Assembly (NCBI GenBank): GCA_903906305.1
Contig: CAIVJR010000003.1
Span: 58,875-122,874 of the forward strand
DNA length: 64,000 nucleotides
Direction: 5' to 3'
Origin: an uncultured bacterium
GTDB taxonomy: Bacteria > Patescibacteriota > Dojkabacteria > SC72
Every line of letters begins with the position of its first letter. Positions within the stretch are counted from its first letter, which is position 1. The notes under the pieces are model-generated. The model did not search any database, was not told the DNA's origin, and was given only the letters and a program-made list of their open reading frames with translations. Positions 18,658 through 28,375 of this stretch are shown piece after piece. The position numbers were made by a program, and so were the translations under genes.

Positions 18658-21269
18658 ATCTTTTTCTTCCACTCAGCTATCTTGTTTAATGCCTCTATTG
18701 GGGTCAGGTTATCCAGATTCAATTTCTGTATCTCTTGCTCAACCTCAGAATCCTTGGCTGTAAACAATGGCATTTGGAAAGTATTTGGAGCATATGGTTT
18801 CTTTGAGGAAAAAGCATCCATATCTCTCAGTTCATTTTTAGACTCAAACATATTCTTCTGCTCAAAACCCTCAAGTATTTCATTTGCACGTTTTATGACC
18901 TTCATTGGAAGTCCAGCCATTTTAGCTACATAGATTCCATAGCTTCGGTCAGTACCACCTTTAACAATCTTCCTTAAGAATATGACTGTTCCTTTTTCTA
19001 AATCTTCTTCGACTAATACATTGTAATTTTGCACACTGTCTGGGAATTTTTCTGCTAGTTTCAGAAGCTCATGATAGTGGGTAGCGAATAGGGTACGGGC
19101 CTTGTTTTCATTAACCAAGTATTCAGCTATTGCCCATGCAATACTTACACCATCGTATGTACTTGTACCACGTCCGACTTCATCAAGAACAATAAGGCTG
19201 TACTTCGTAGCATTGTTAATAATGTTTGCAGCTTCATCCATTTCCACCATGAAAGTACTTCTTCCTCTAGAAAGATCATCAGATGCTCCAACTCTTGTAA
19301 ATATCCTATCTACTATCGATATCTCCGCCTCTGATGCAGGTACAAAACTTCCTAATTGCGCCATCAAGGTTATAGTTGCTACCTGTCGTATATATGTAGA
19401 TTTACCTGACATATTAGGTCCAGTAAGAATAGCCATGTTGGATTCTTCAAAGTTGAGGAAGGTGTCATTAGATATGAATTCTTCTGAAGATATTTTCTCA
19501 ACGATAGGATGTCTTCCTTTTTTAATATCAATAATTCCATTCTTCTCTCCAATCTCATATATCTTTGGTTTTACATATTCATTCTGCGAAGCAACAAAAG
19601 CGAAGTTAGCTAGTACATCGGTATTGGCAATGAAGGTAGCCACTTTGTGTAATGTCTCAAGGTGAGGTATAAAGGTATCTCTGAATTCTGAGAATAGCTT
19701 GTATTCTAATGCTCCAATCTTTTCTTGAGCATTAAGAATGATATCTTCCTTGGCTTTTAATTCCTCGGTTATGAATCTTTCTGCATTTACCAATGTCTGT
19801 TTTCGTATATATCTCTCTGGTACTTTTGTTAAATGGGAATTAGTTACCTCTATGTAATATCCAAATACTTTGTTGAAACTAATTTTGAGCGAAGTAATTC
19901 CTGTTTTAGCCTTCTCATCTTCTTCAAACTGTTTTAGCCATGATTTACTATCCCCACTTAAGGATCGAAGTTCATCTACTTCTGGATTAAAGCCGGTCTT
20001 TATAATCCATCCATCGGTTATGGTAGTAGGTGGATCATCAGTTATAGTTGCTTCGATTTGTGTAATTAGTTTCTCAAGAGTTGTGGTATCAATATCTTCC
20101 GTAGCTATATCTAATTCCTTTTTTAGTATTTCAGCTATTTCTAATGCATTTTTTAATGATACTTGTAGTGCATTGAAATCTCTTCCATTAGCTCGGTTTA
20201 ATCCAATCTTTCCAACAATTCGATCTATATCGTTAATATTTTCTAACTTGCTTCGTATATCTGTTAGACACTCTTGTTTGTTGTATAGCTTTTCTACTAT
20301 GTTTAATCTTTCATCTATACTCTTCTTGTCTATGAGTGGATTTAATATCCATGAATAGAGTAATCTTCTTCCCATTCGAGTAGAGGTTTGATCTAGTACT
20401 CCAAAGAGTGAGTCTGATATGTTTCCACTGTATGCACTTGCTACTAGTTCTAGATTTCTAATGGTTGCTCTGTCTAGGATCATTGTTCTGTCTGTATTTA
20501 CTCGTTTTGGTTTGAGTATGTGCTTTGGATCCATGAGTTGGGTTTCTTTGATGTACTGTAATCCCATACCTACGGCTATGATATCTCCATTGTCTTGGGA
20601 TATATCCAAGCTTTCCATATTTTTAATATCGTAGAATTCTTTTACTATTTCTGTTGCATAGTCTTTGTTTTTTAATCCTTTTTCTACAAAATGTACTGGG
20701 GTATTTGGAAAGAGTAGGGTGTCTTCTCCTTCTATGACTAGTATCTCTTCTGGGTAATATGAGGAGAGGATATTGCTTACACTGTTCTCTGTATATTTCT
20801 CGGTTATGAGTAGTGATTCTCCTGTAGATACATCACACAGGGATACTGAGAGGGTTTTCTTTTCTAAGTAGAAGCTTGCTAGGTAGGAATTTTTTACGGC
20901 ATTGGCTTCGTCTCCGTCTAGGGTTCCGGGTGTTACTATTCTTGTTACTCCTCGTTTGACTATTCCTTTTGCAAATTTGGGGTCTTCTAATTGGTCTACT
21001 ACTACTACACAGTAGCCTGCTGCTATTAACTTTGGTAGGTATTGGTCTATGGCTTTGTGCGGGAATCCTGCTAATGGTACTTTGTTGTTTTCTTTGTTTC
21101 TAGCGGTTAGGGTTATGTTTAATACTTTGGCTGTTAGTTTGGCATCGTCTCCAAAGGATTCGAAGAAATCTCCCATTCTGTACAAGAGTATTTTATCTGG
21201 GTATTGCTTCTTAAAACCCATATATTGTTTCATCATTGGTGTATCTTCCATGTATGGAAAGTATATCAT
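18654..21269 (-). CDS. mutS: DNA mismatch repair protein MutS
   Basis: PMMKQYMGFKKQYPDKILLYRMGDFFESFGDDA (mismatch-binding domain). Walker A TGPNMSGKSTYIRQ. DEVGRGTSTYDG. HTH...FATHYHEL. The true start may be the internal MMKQY Met. Confidence 0.93.
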   Translation of the reverse strand: MIYFPYMEDTPMMKQYMGFKKQYPDKILLYRMGDFFESFGDDAKLTAKVLNITLTARNKENNKVPLAGFPHKAIDQYLPKLIAAGYCVVVVDQLEDPKFAKGIVKRGVTRIVTPGTLDGDEANAVKNSYLASFYLEKKTLSVSLCDVSTGESLLITEKYTENSVSNILSSYYPEEILVIEGEDTLLFPNTPVHFVEKGLKNKDYATEIVKEFYDIKNMESLDISQDNGDIIAVGMGLQYIKETQLMDPKHILKPKRVNTDRTMILDRATIRNLELVASAYSGNISDSLFGVLDQTSTRMGRRLLYSWILNPLIDKKSIDERLNIVEKLYNKQECLTDIRSKLENINDIDRIVGKIGLNRANGRDFNALQVSLKNALEIAEILKKELDIATEDIDTTTLEKLITQIEATITDDPPTTITDGWIIKTGFNPEVDELRSLSGDSKSWLKQFEEDEKAKTGITSLKISFNKVFGYYIEVTNSHLTKVPERYIRKQTLVNAERFITEELKAKEDIILNAQEKIGALEYKLFSEFRDTFIPHLETLHKVATFIANTDVLANFAFVASQNEYVKPKIYEIGEKNGIIDIKKGRHPIVEKISSEEFISNDTFLNFEESNMAILTGPNMSGKSTYIRQVATITLMAQLGSFVPASEAEISIVDRIFTRVGASDDLSRGRSTFMVEMDEAANIINNATKYSLIVLDEVGRGTSTYDGVSIAWAIAEYLVNENKARTLFATHYHELLKLAEKFPDSVQNYNVLVEEDLEKGTVIFLRKIVKGGTDRSYGIYVAKMAGLPMKVIKRANEILEGFEQKNMFESKNELRDMDAFSSKKPYAPNTFQMPLFTAKDSEVEQEIQKLNLDNLTPIEALNKIAEWKKKI

Positions 21270-21341
21270 AGAAACCTATAATGAGAGAAATGGGGGAAAC
21301 AAAAGAGTATAATTAAAATATATAAGTTAAGCTAAAAAATT

Positions 21342-22133
21342 ATGGGAAATATAATCAATCCTTTAACTATGCAGATTTGGCAAAAGCTCATTAAATTACA
21401 GTTTAAAAATGGTGATATTAGTGATTTAAAAGAATTAGAAGGCGGCATTAATATTGATGAATTAAATCAGATTTTGAAAGATTTGGCAGATCAAAAACTT
21501 ATATATCTTTTGCACGAAGCTCAATTCACAAATTCAAAATATCGCGTTTCAGATTTGAAATCGCTTCAAAAGGATTATTCTATCAAGGGTCTCACAGTAC
21601 CTGAGAAAATTTTCAAAGGAGAGCAATTGCTTAATTACTTACAAGCTGCTAAATCTGCCTTGGGTGATTTGATTGCCAACACAGCTGCTCTTAAAGGGCC
21701 AAACCCTCCAGGAATTAATGTTGAATTAGCAAAAGAATACTCTCGTATAAATGGTATGCTAACAAATATACAGCAAGAGTTAATACCTGATACTTTGGAA
21801 GTTAAAACATATGATGATAAGGATAGTGACAGAACAAAGCTTCATTTTGAAATATCGAAAAAAAATGGGAATAAAATTACATTTTTAATTCAACTTAGCG
21901 GAACTTGGCTTGCCGTTAATCGTGAGATCGATATTGAAAAAATCAAAGATCATTTTAAAAATATTATTCAACAATACATTGCTTCATACTTCTTCAAATT
22001 ACCATATCATTGGTACACTTTGAGATGTATCTGTGCGAAATCTCCACATACCGAAGACGGAATAGTCGTTGGATCTTTTGAAGAGTTGGGACAACTTTCC
22101 ATTGAGGATCTCTTGTATAAAAGAGAGGTCTAA
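21342..22133 (+). CDS. Hypothetical protein
   Basis: 263-aa ORF with no motif I recognise. Followed by a UDG-like gene. Confidence 0.5.
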   Translation: MGNIINPLTMQIWQKLIKLQFKNGDISDLKELEGGINIDELNQILKDLADQKLIYLLHEAQFTNSKYRVSDLKSLQKDYSIKGLTVPEKIFKGEQLLNYLQAAKSALGDLIANTAALKGPNPPGINVELAKEYSRINGMLTNIQQELIPDTLEVKTYDDKDSDRTKLHFEISKKNGNKITFLIQLSGTWLAVNREIDIEKIKDHFKNIIQQYIASYFFKLPYHWYTLRCICAKSPHTEDGIVVGSFEELGQLSIEDLLYKREV

Positions 22134-22149
22134 TACTTTGTCGGCAATT

Positions 22150-22815
22150 ATGAATAAGGAAAACAAAATTAAATCTATCTTTGATGAAATCTACAACCTT
22201 AATATCTGTGGCAAAGATCCATTAAAAGTACATAGAGATATATCAAAAATGAATATTAATTCTAAAGTCATGGTCATAGCTGAAGCCATGGCTCCTGAAC
22301 AAGTAAGACTCTCTGGAGTAAACTATTTCTTTAAGGATGGAACTATTGGTAATACAGGAAAATCATTAGAGAAATTTTTAAACAAATTTGAATATACAGT
22401 ATATCCAGATAGACCTAATTGTGTTTACCATACAGAGATAGTACACGGATTCCCTGGATATGAGATAAAGAATGGAAAAAAATATATTAGAAGACCTACT
22501 AGGAAGGAAATACAATTTTCAATAGAGAGTGGAATATTACAAAAGGAGATAGAGATTGTACAACCTAAGTTAATATTACTAATGGGTAATACTGCATATC
22601 AATCTTTCTATACATATTTATTAGGTATTAAACCAAAGAATAACTTAACGAAAGAGATAGGGGAGATTAGTAATACAAAGGTATTTAAAAGGTATATGAA
22701 TATTCCATTAATACCCATACAACATAGTTCTGGAGCTAATCCTAGGTTTAGGGAGATGATTGAGAATAAAAAACTGATTGCCTTAATCCATTTATTAGTC
22801 GAAAAACATATTTAA
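22150..22815 (+). CDS. Uracil-DNA glycosylase superfamily protein with a divergent motif A
   Basis: VMVIAEAMAPEQVRLSGVNYFFKDG corresponds to the UDG motif A region (GEAPG..E..G.PF.G). IPIQHSSGANPRF corresponds to motif B (HPSP...R). The start is taken at the internal Met MNKENK (nt 22150), because the longer ORF overlaps the upstream gene. Confidence 0.55.
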   Translation: MNKENKIKSIFDEIYNLNICGKDPLKVHRDISKMNINSKVMVIAEAMAPEQVRLSGVNYFFKDGTIGNTGKSLEKFLNKFEYTVYPDRPNCVYHTEIVHGFPGYEIKNGKKYIRRPTRKEIQFSIESGILQKEIEIVQPKLILLMGNTAYQSFYTYLLGIKPKNNLTKEIGEISNTKVFKRYMNIPLIPIQHSSGANPRFREMIENKKLIALIHLLVEKHI

Positions 22816-23592
22816 TTGTATAATCAAACACTTATGCCATTGTTCAACTATAAAGAAAGTAAAATTGCATATTCACTTGTGGGAGAGGGAAATCCTTTAG
22901 TTCTTGTTCATGGTTTTAGTATAGATTCAAGAATGTGGAAACCACAAATTGAATTCTTCAAGAATAAATATCAAGTTATCACGTATGATATGCGTGGCTT
23001 TGGTTCTTCTTCTTTACCGATATCAAGATACAGCCACCATGATGATTTAAAGGCGTTTTTAGATTATCTAAATATAAAGAAGGTTAATATTGTAGGACTT
23101 TCACTAGGAGGAGAAATATCTCTGGACTTTACTCTCATGTATCCAGAATATGTAAACAAACTAATCCTACTTGACTCTTCACTATCTGGCTACTCTAGCA
23201 CTGTAGATTGGAACGTATATGCAAAAGAGCAAGGATTAGAGAAAGCAAAAGAAAATTGGTTAAATCATAATGTGTTCAAATCTGCGAGGAATAAACCTCT
23301 TGCATTACAACTACTTACAGAGATGGTTCATGATTATTCTGGGTGGCATTGGCTCAACTTCGATCCAAGAGAAAAACCAAAAGCAATTGAAAAACTTTCT
23401 GAAATAAAGTGTCCCGTTGAGATAATACTTGGGCAAAATGATTTAGATTATTATCATGATATAGCTAAAATCTTAAATGAAAGTATTAAAAACTCCAATT
23501 TAGATATTATTGATGATTCTGGTCACATGGTAAACCTAGAACAATCAGAAAAAACGAATCATATTATTGATGATTTCTTGCAAAATCTTTAG
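22816..23592 (+). CDS. Alpha/beta-fold hydrolase
   Basis: VLVHGFSIDSRMW...YDMRGFGSS...VGLSLGGEISL (nucleophile elbow G-L-S-L-G-G) ... DDSGHM (catalytic His region). Confidence 0.8.
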   Translation: MYNQTLMPLFNYKESKIAYSLVGEGNPLVLVHGFSIDSRMWKPQIEFFKNKYQVITYDMRGFGSSSLPISRYSHHDDLKAFLDYLNIKKVNIVGLSLGGEISLDFTLMYPEYVNKLILLDSSLSGYSSTVDWNVYAKEQGLEKAKENWLNHNVFKSARNKPLALQLLTEMVHDYSGWHWLNFDPREKPKAIEKLSEIKCPVEIILGQNDLDYYHDIAKILNESIKNSNLDIIDDSGHMVNLEQSEKTNHIIDDFLQNL

Positions 23593-24040
23593 TATTACAC
23601 ACTTTATTGACTTGCTGAGGTCAACAAGTCAATAATATCATTACTAGCAATAGGTTTTGATCACTTTGCTGACATCAGCAAGGTGTTATTTCCTTGTAAC
23701 CACGCCAATAACTCAGCAAAAACGGGTGTAAAATAAAAAAAATTGCAAAAAAGTGAGAACCTTTTAGATAGAGAATGCTAAGCGTATGCACCCCATAGTA
23801 TTAACAACCTCTTAGATAATTGATATAATACCTATGTTAATAAAAATCTATTCTATATTGTATTTTCATACATAAAGAGTAGAGCTCTTTAATAATACTG
23901 ATTAATATCAGTTATACCAGCGATAAAGTAATGGAATATTTACATAGTACATTTAGTTAATTATATATATAGTTGATTGAATGTACTATGTAATATCAAT
24001 CCAAATCATAAACAAAAGAACGAGGGAAAAAGGAGACCCA
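23593..24040. promoter_or_regulatory. Unusually long AT-rich intergenic region carrying repeated TTGCTGA/TCAGCAA half-sites in palindromic arrangements. Putative operator/promoter region, possibly a small RNA
   Basis: Perfect 11-bp inverted repeat TTATTGACTTG-N11-CAAGTCAATAA (23604-23636). Palindrome TTGCTGA-CA-TCAGCAA (23664-23680). A further TCAGCAA at 23713. Palindrome ACTGAT-TAAT-ATCAGT (23896-23911). SD AAAGGAG lies 7 nt upstream of the ATG at 24041. Confidence 0.45.
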
Positions 24041-24448
24041 ATGAATAACAAAGATATTGTCGAGATGATCATGAACCAAAGCCCATTCATTCGCATCCGT
24101 GCAAATGGAAACAGAAAGAGTATCCAATATGCAGAAATACTTGAAAAGGAATTTCAAACGGTTGATCTTTGTATTTCAAAAAGCTTTCAAATGCCATGGG
24201 CAAACTACGAAGATTTTGTTTTCCACCTTTTGGAAGAAAAAATTGTTTGGCCAAAGAATTTTCATATTGATATCTCCAGCTTGGAAACAGAAACTCGGCT
24301 TGGGCTTATCACAGACCCTAAACCGGACGCGGACGTGACTGAGGCCATTGCATTCATTGAGAAATTAATTGAATTTGGGAATTTCTCATGTAAAACAAGA
24401 CGAATTAAGGTGCCCGATGGTGGTATCGTATTAGTCTTCAAAAGATAA
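24041..24448 (+). CDS. Hypothetical small protein (135 aa)
   Basis: ORF with a canonical SD (AAAAAGGAGACCCAATG). No recognisable domain. Confidence 0.5.
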   Translation: MNNKDIVEMIMNQSPFIRIRANGNRKSIQYAEILEKEFQTVDLCISKSFQMPWANYEDFVFHLLEEKIVWPKNFHIDISSLETETRLGLITDPKPDADVTEAIAFIEKLIEFGNFSCKTRRIKVPDGGIVLVFKR

Positions 24449-24557
24449 TAACTCAGAGATCTCCAGCCCAAACCATATCCATATATGGACATCACAAAAT
24501 CTTTATCGCTGGTAATCTCTCAAATTGATACAAACAATTGTAATAATTTGAGATATG

Positions 24558-27086
24558 TTATCTCCCCAATATCAACTTCGTCTCTTCCTCAGATACAACC
24601 TTTCTAGCCTCTGCAATATCCTCAGCACAAACAGAAACACCATATACCCCTGCTTGTACACAATGCCTTAATAATGGCTTACAATCCTCTACAATACATA
24701 TAATCTTGTTATCATGATCCTTAGCCATATCTAAAACATTATCAACTATCCTAAATACGCTATTCCTACTCAAATCATACTTAGCATTCTCATCATTAAT
24801 CTTAAACCCTTGCATCTGTTTAGCAATACGAGGGATATTAAGGATAAGGCCATCAATCTTAGTATTAAGAATATCATCAGCAAGAATAATCTCAGAAGGA
24901 TTATCCAATATTGCATAAACCTTGAAAGAAGAAGTTCTTCTTAAGCCTTCACCAGAAAGTTGTTTCTTAAACTCCTTCATCATATCCTCATTCATAGGGG
25001 AGTGAAGCGCAATCGAAACATTCCTCTTCTTGTAAATATTCCTTATTCTCTTAACAATCTTAATAGTTCTCTTAAGTAATTCTAGGTTATTTACATAGTG
25101 TGTAGCCCCATATATCTCACTTGAAAGTGTTTGATCTTCAAACTCTTTACCTCTGGTTAAACTCTTAAACTGACCAATAGTGGCCGAACCAATGGAGAGA
25201 ACTACCTCGTTACCTTCGGCTAGTTCAACATACTTTATGACTTTCTCAGAAATCTTAGCAGCATAGTCTAGGAACTTACGATCTTCAACATATGCTAAAA
25301 GATGACGACCCTCATCAAGCATGATTTCATCAAGATCAACATATACCAAACCATGAGCATTACCAACAAAATCAATTAATTTACTTGGCTCTACATTTGT
25401 CATACTAAATACTCTAGTAGCAGAGGGAGGTAGGGTAGTATCCTTAGCAACCTTAAGTGCGGGTTCTTCAACCTTAACTTCCTCTTCTTGAGTCTTCATA
25501 AAGTCGATACCATCACCATATGTATTAACCACAGGATGTACCTCTTCCTTAGCAACGTCTTTGTAAACACTACCTGTATTACCATCAATCTTAACCATAT
25601 CGCCATCCTTAAGAAGAGTAGAGGCATTTGTAGCACCAACAATAGCTGGAATCTTGAACTCTCTACAAAGAATAGCTGTATCACTTGTAATACCACCAAA
25701 GTCCATAATGACACCACCACAAGGAATAATCATGGATTCCATTTCTGTGGAATACTTCTTAATCAAAAGAATATCATTCTTGGTATACAATTTTCCATTT
25801 GGTTGATCAACTACAGCTATCTTACCAACAACCACACCAAAGCTAGCACCAATACCAGTTATAAGAAGGTCTTCCTTACTCAATTGTTGAGCATTCTGAA
25901 TCTCTTCTCGCTTGGTCTTAGCTGCATTTATGAGGTTCTCAATCTTCCCACCCAATCCAGTATTTTGTTTCATTACCATTCTTTGAGCATCACTCACAGC
26001 TTGAGTAGCAAACATCTCTTGAGTCTTGTATTTGTCTAAGAATGCTACTACTAAATCTCTTAATGATTTTCTTGGCATTTCCATTTCAGATACCTTAACA
26101 CGATATTGCATAACATCAGAGAGTAGGGACTTGTTTTGTAATACCCAAGCTCTACCACCAGAAATTACCCATTCAATGTTTTGTGGCATTCTAGATTTGT
26201 TTTCAATGATTAACGCAATCTTAGAAATCTCTTGGATATCCTTGTCGTTTAACTTTTGTTTGTGACTCCAACCCGCTGATATCTTAATCTTCTCCTCATT
26301 ACCTCTTCTTCCTCTTGAAGGATTCATTGTCCTAATCTTCATCCATTCTTGTGGAGCAATGTGCTTTTCAAGAATAGCAAGATCACGCTTGTTTAAAAGA
26401 TATGAATCAGGTGTAACTTCTCCAGTAGATATGACATCACCAAGACCGTATACGGCTTCAATACCTAATTTCGTATCATCTTGAGTAATTGGATCTACTG
26501 TAAATACCACACCTGATATCTCTGCTTGAACCATCTTCTGTACAACGACAGCAAGCTTAACTTCAGCAAGATCGATATCCATTTTGTTAGCATATGCCAC
26601 AACATCATCAGTGAAGAGGGAACCATATACCTTCTTTATTGCACTCTTTAAATCATCATATTTTCGAACATTGAGTTCTGTGCTAAATATTCCACTAAAA
26701 GATATATTGTCATTGGCTGGGAATACTACAGAGGATCGTACAGATACCCAAGCATCAGAAAAACCAGAAAGTCGGGTATATGCACTAAGAATATCTTCTT
26801 GTACTTCTTTAGAGAATTCTTCATCTAACAGAGCTTTTAATACTTCTTCATTTTCAGGATTCTTACCTTTCTCTAGTAGTTTTTCTTTTCTGTCATGTAA
26901 CGCTTTAGTACAAAATTCGGTATATACATTACTTGCAACTACAAAAAATTCAGGAACTGGGACATCCATTTCTTTAAGAGTGAAAAGACTGAGACCTTTT
27001 CGGCCTACCTTGTTTTCATTCAATTCTTTAGCTGAGAAATCTTCAAAAAAGAATATATTGTTCTTTCTTGGTATTGAATTTTCCAT
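24558..27086 (-). CDS. PEP synthase/pyruvate phosphate dikinase-like protein (PEP-utilising enzyme family). Phospho-His position reads Asp
   Basis: N-terminal PPDK_N/ATP-grasp-like region (GRKGLSLFTLKEMDVPVPEFFVV...). Central swivel-domain motif GGITSDTAILCREFKIPAIVG, where the family consensus is GGRTSHAAI.ARE.GIPAVVG. The large C-terminal domain is unassigned. Confidence 0.6.
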   Translation of the reverse strand: MENSIPRKNNIFFFEDFSAKELNENKVGRKGLSLFTLKEMDVPVPEFFVVASNVYTEFCTKALHDRKEKLLEKGKNPENEEVLKALLDEEFSKEVQEDILSAYTRLSGFSDAWVSVRSSVVFPANDNISFSGIFSTELNVRKYDDLKSAIKKVYGSLFTDDVVAYANKMDIDLAEVKLAVVVQKMVQAEISGVVFTVDPITQDDTKLGIEAVYGLGDVISTGEVTPDSYLLNKRDLAILEKHIAPQEWMKIRTMNPSRGRRGNEEKIKISAGWSHKQKLNDKDIQEISKIALIIENKSRMPQNIEWVISGGRAWVLQNKSLLSDVMQYRVKVSEMEMPRKSLRDLVVAFLDKYKTQEMFATQAVSDAQRMVMKQNTGLGGKIENLINAAKTKREEIQNAQQLSKEDLLITGIGASFGVVVGKIAVVDQPNGKLYTKNDILLIKKYSTEMESMIIPCGGVIMDFGGITSDTAILCREFKIPAIVGATNASTLLKDGDMVKIDGNTGSVYKDVAKEEVHPVVNTYGDGIDFMKTQEEEVKVEEPALKVAKDTTLPPSATRVFSMTNVEPSKLIDFVGNAHGLVYVDLDEIMLDEGRHLLAYVEDRKFLDYAAKISEKVIKYVELAEGNEVVLSIGSATIGQFKSLTRGKEFEDQTLSSEIYGATHYVNNLELLKRTIKIVKRIRNIYKKRNVSIALHSPMNEDMMKEFKKQLSGEGLRRTSSFKVYAILDNPSEIILADDILNTKIDGLILNIPRIAKQMQGFKINDENAKYDLSRNSVFRIVDNVLDMAKDHDNKIICIVEDCKPLLRHCVQAGVYGVSVCAEDIAEARKVVSEEETKLILGR

Positions 27087-27118
27087 TTACTGGGCAGTTA
27101 AAAATAATGGTATATATA

Positions 27119-28282
27119 CTAAACAATACCTTTAGCTTTTAATTTTTGCAAGTCGATATAGAACTCATAGAATATTTGTAAGAGAACCATGAATGGGACA
27201 GCTATTAATGCACCAAATACTCCAAAGAGGATAAGGAAAATGAATACGCCCAACATGATAATCACGGGTTTTAGACCAATAGCATTGCCCATGATTTTTG
27301 GGATTATGAAGTTGTTTTCAATCTGTTGGTATACCAAGAATATTGCAAGTAATATCACTGCAGGCCAGAGACCTACTGTAATTAAAGCAATCAAAGCACA
27401 TATTGCAACTGCAATTGTAGCTCCAATACCTGGAACAGCATCAAGTAAAGCAACTAATAATGCTAATGGCAATGCAAATGGTACGTTAAATATTGTTAGT
27501 AAGATACCTGCGAATACTCCAGCAATTGTACTAATTGTAGCCTGACCAAGCATCCACTTACCAAGTTTACCCTCAACATCCAACACCAATTTCTTAATTC
27601 GATCTCGCTTTTCGTCTGAAACAATCCTTATGAGACCAAATTCCAATATTGAATCATGCTCTAATACCAAATATATTGAGAGGATCAAAGAGGAAACAAA
27701 CAAACCAGTAGTACTAAATACTCCTGAAACTGCATCGGTAACATTCTTAAGACTCTCTCCAGTGGTGATAGATTGTAATCCATTAGATACAAATTTTGTA
27801 ATTTCTTCAGAATCAACCTTTATATTTCCAAACTTTATACCATTGAAGTTTGCCACAACCTTTTCAACCCAATCTGGGAAGACTTTTACTAGTTCGGTTA
27901 GTTGGCTTACCAAAGGAATAATGACAACAGAAAGTACTGAGAGTGTAAGAATGATAGCTACAAAGTATGTAATCAATACTGCCCAACCTTTTGTGATCTT
28001 CTTAGACATCAACCAATTTACTACTGGTCTAGCGGCAGATGTAAAGACAAAACCTAAGAACAAGAATAGCGCTACACTTACAAGCTGGTTACCAAAGAAT
28101 ATAACGGCTAGGATTAAAAGTACTAATGCCAAAAGTCCCCATGAGAATTCAACAACAATTACAGGTTTAGGTTTCTCTGCTTTCTCACTGTATTTCACAG
28201 CCTCACGTAATTCATCAAGACTTCTTCTTTCCACTTCTTTTATCTCTTTACTTGTATCCTTAAATGAAAATATTTTTCCCAT
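27119..28282 (-). CDS. AI-2E family transporter (PerM/YhhT-like, UPF0118)
   Basis: Polytopic membrane protein with the GQATISTIAGVFAGILLTIFNVPFALPLALLVALLDAVPGIGATIAVA signature of the family. Confidence 0.8.
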   Translation of the reverse strand: MGKIFSFKDTSKEIKEVERRSLDELREAVKYSEKAEKPKPVIVVEFSWGLLALVLLILAVIFFGNQLVSVALFLFLGFVFTSAARPVVNWLMSKKITKGWAVLITYFVAIILTLSVLSVVIIPLVSQLTELVKVFPDWVEKVVANFNGIKFGNIKVDSEEITKFVSNGLQSITTGESLKNVTDAVSGVFSTTGLFVSSLILSIYLVLEHDSILEFGLIRIVSDEKRDRIKKLVLDVEGKLGKWMLGQATISTIAGVFAGILLTIFNVPFALPLALLVALLDAVPGIGATIAVAICALIALITVGLWPAVILLAIFLVYQQIENNFIIPKIMGNAIGLKPVIIMLGVFIFLILFGVFGALIAVPFMVLLQIFYEFYIDLQKLKAKGIV

Positions 28283-28331
28283 AATGATGTTGAATAATTT
28301 ACTTCACATATTATATCAGCTTTAAACAAAA

Positions 28332-28353
28332 GAGGGGAGACAAGCTCCCCTCC
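28332..28353 (-). terminator. Rho-independent terminator downstream of the minus-strand gene 28376-29317
   Basis: GAGGGGAG-ACAAG-CTCCCCTC hairpin. On the minus strand it is followed by TTTTGTTTAAA. Confidence 0.65.
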
Positions 28354-28375
28354 TTAAAAACCTATTTAATCTTGG

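Noticed and set aside
23604-23636. Perfect 11-bp inverted repeat after the hydrolase stop, as a rho-independent terminator
   Set aside because: The hairpin is not followed by a U-tract on either strand (TATCATTACTAG follows). A protein-binding palindrome is more likely; see the TTGCTGA/TCAGCAA finding.
23593-24040. SRP RNA, RNase P RNA or tmRNA in the long intergenic gap
   Set aside because: The hallmark motifs were not seen on either strand: GGAAGCAGC-type SRP helix-8 sequence, the GNAAAGUCCGG P4 region, or a tRNA-like acceptor. A novel structured RNA cannot be excluded, hence the computational checks listed under the finding.
24099-24338. 79-aa ORF overlapping the 24041-24448 gene in another frame
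   Set aside because: It is nested inside the longer ORF that has a good SD. Basic and low-complexity, likely spurious.
25488-26265. ORFs antisense to the PEP-utilising-enzyme gene (25488-26039, 26026-26265, 26584-27135)
   Set aside because: They fully overlap a long, domain-supported minus-strand CDS. Their translations are Ser/Leu/Asn-rich, typical of the antisense strand of AT-rich coding sequence.
27189-28325. Plus-strand ORFs 27189-27545 and 27630-28325 overlapping the AI-2E transporter gene
   Set aside because: They are antisense to a multi-TM transporter with family-specific motifs. Their hydrophilic, repetitive translations argue that they are spurious.
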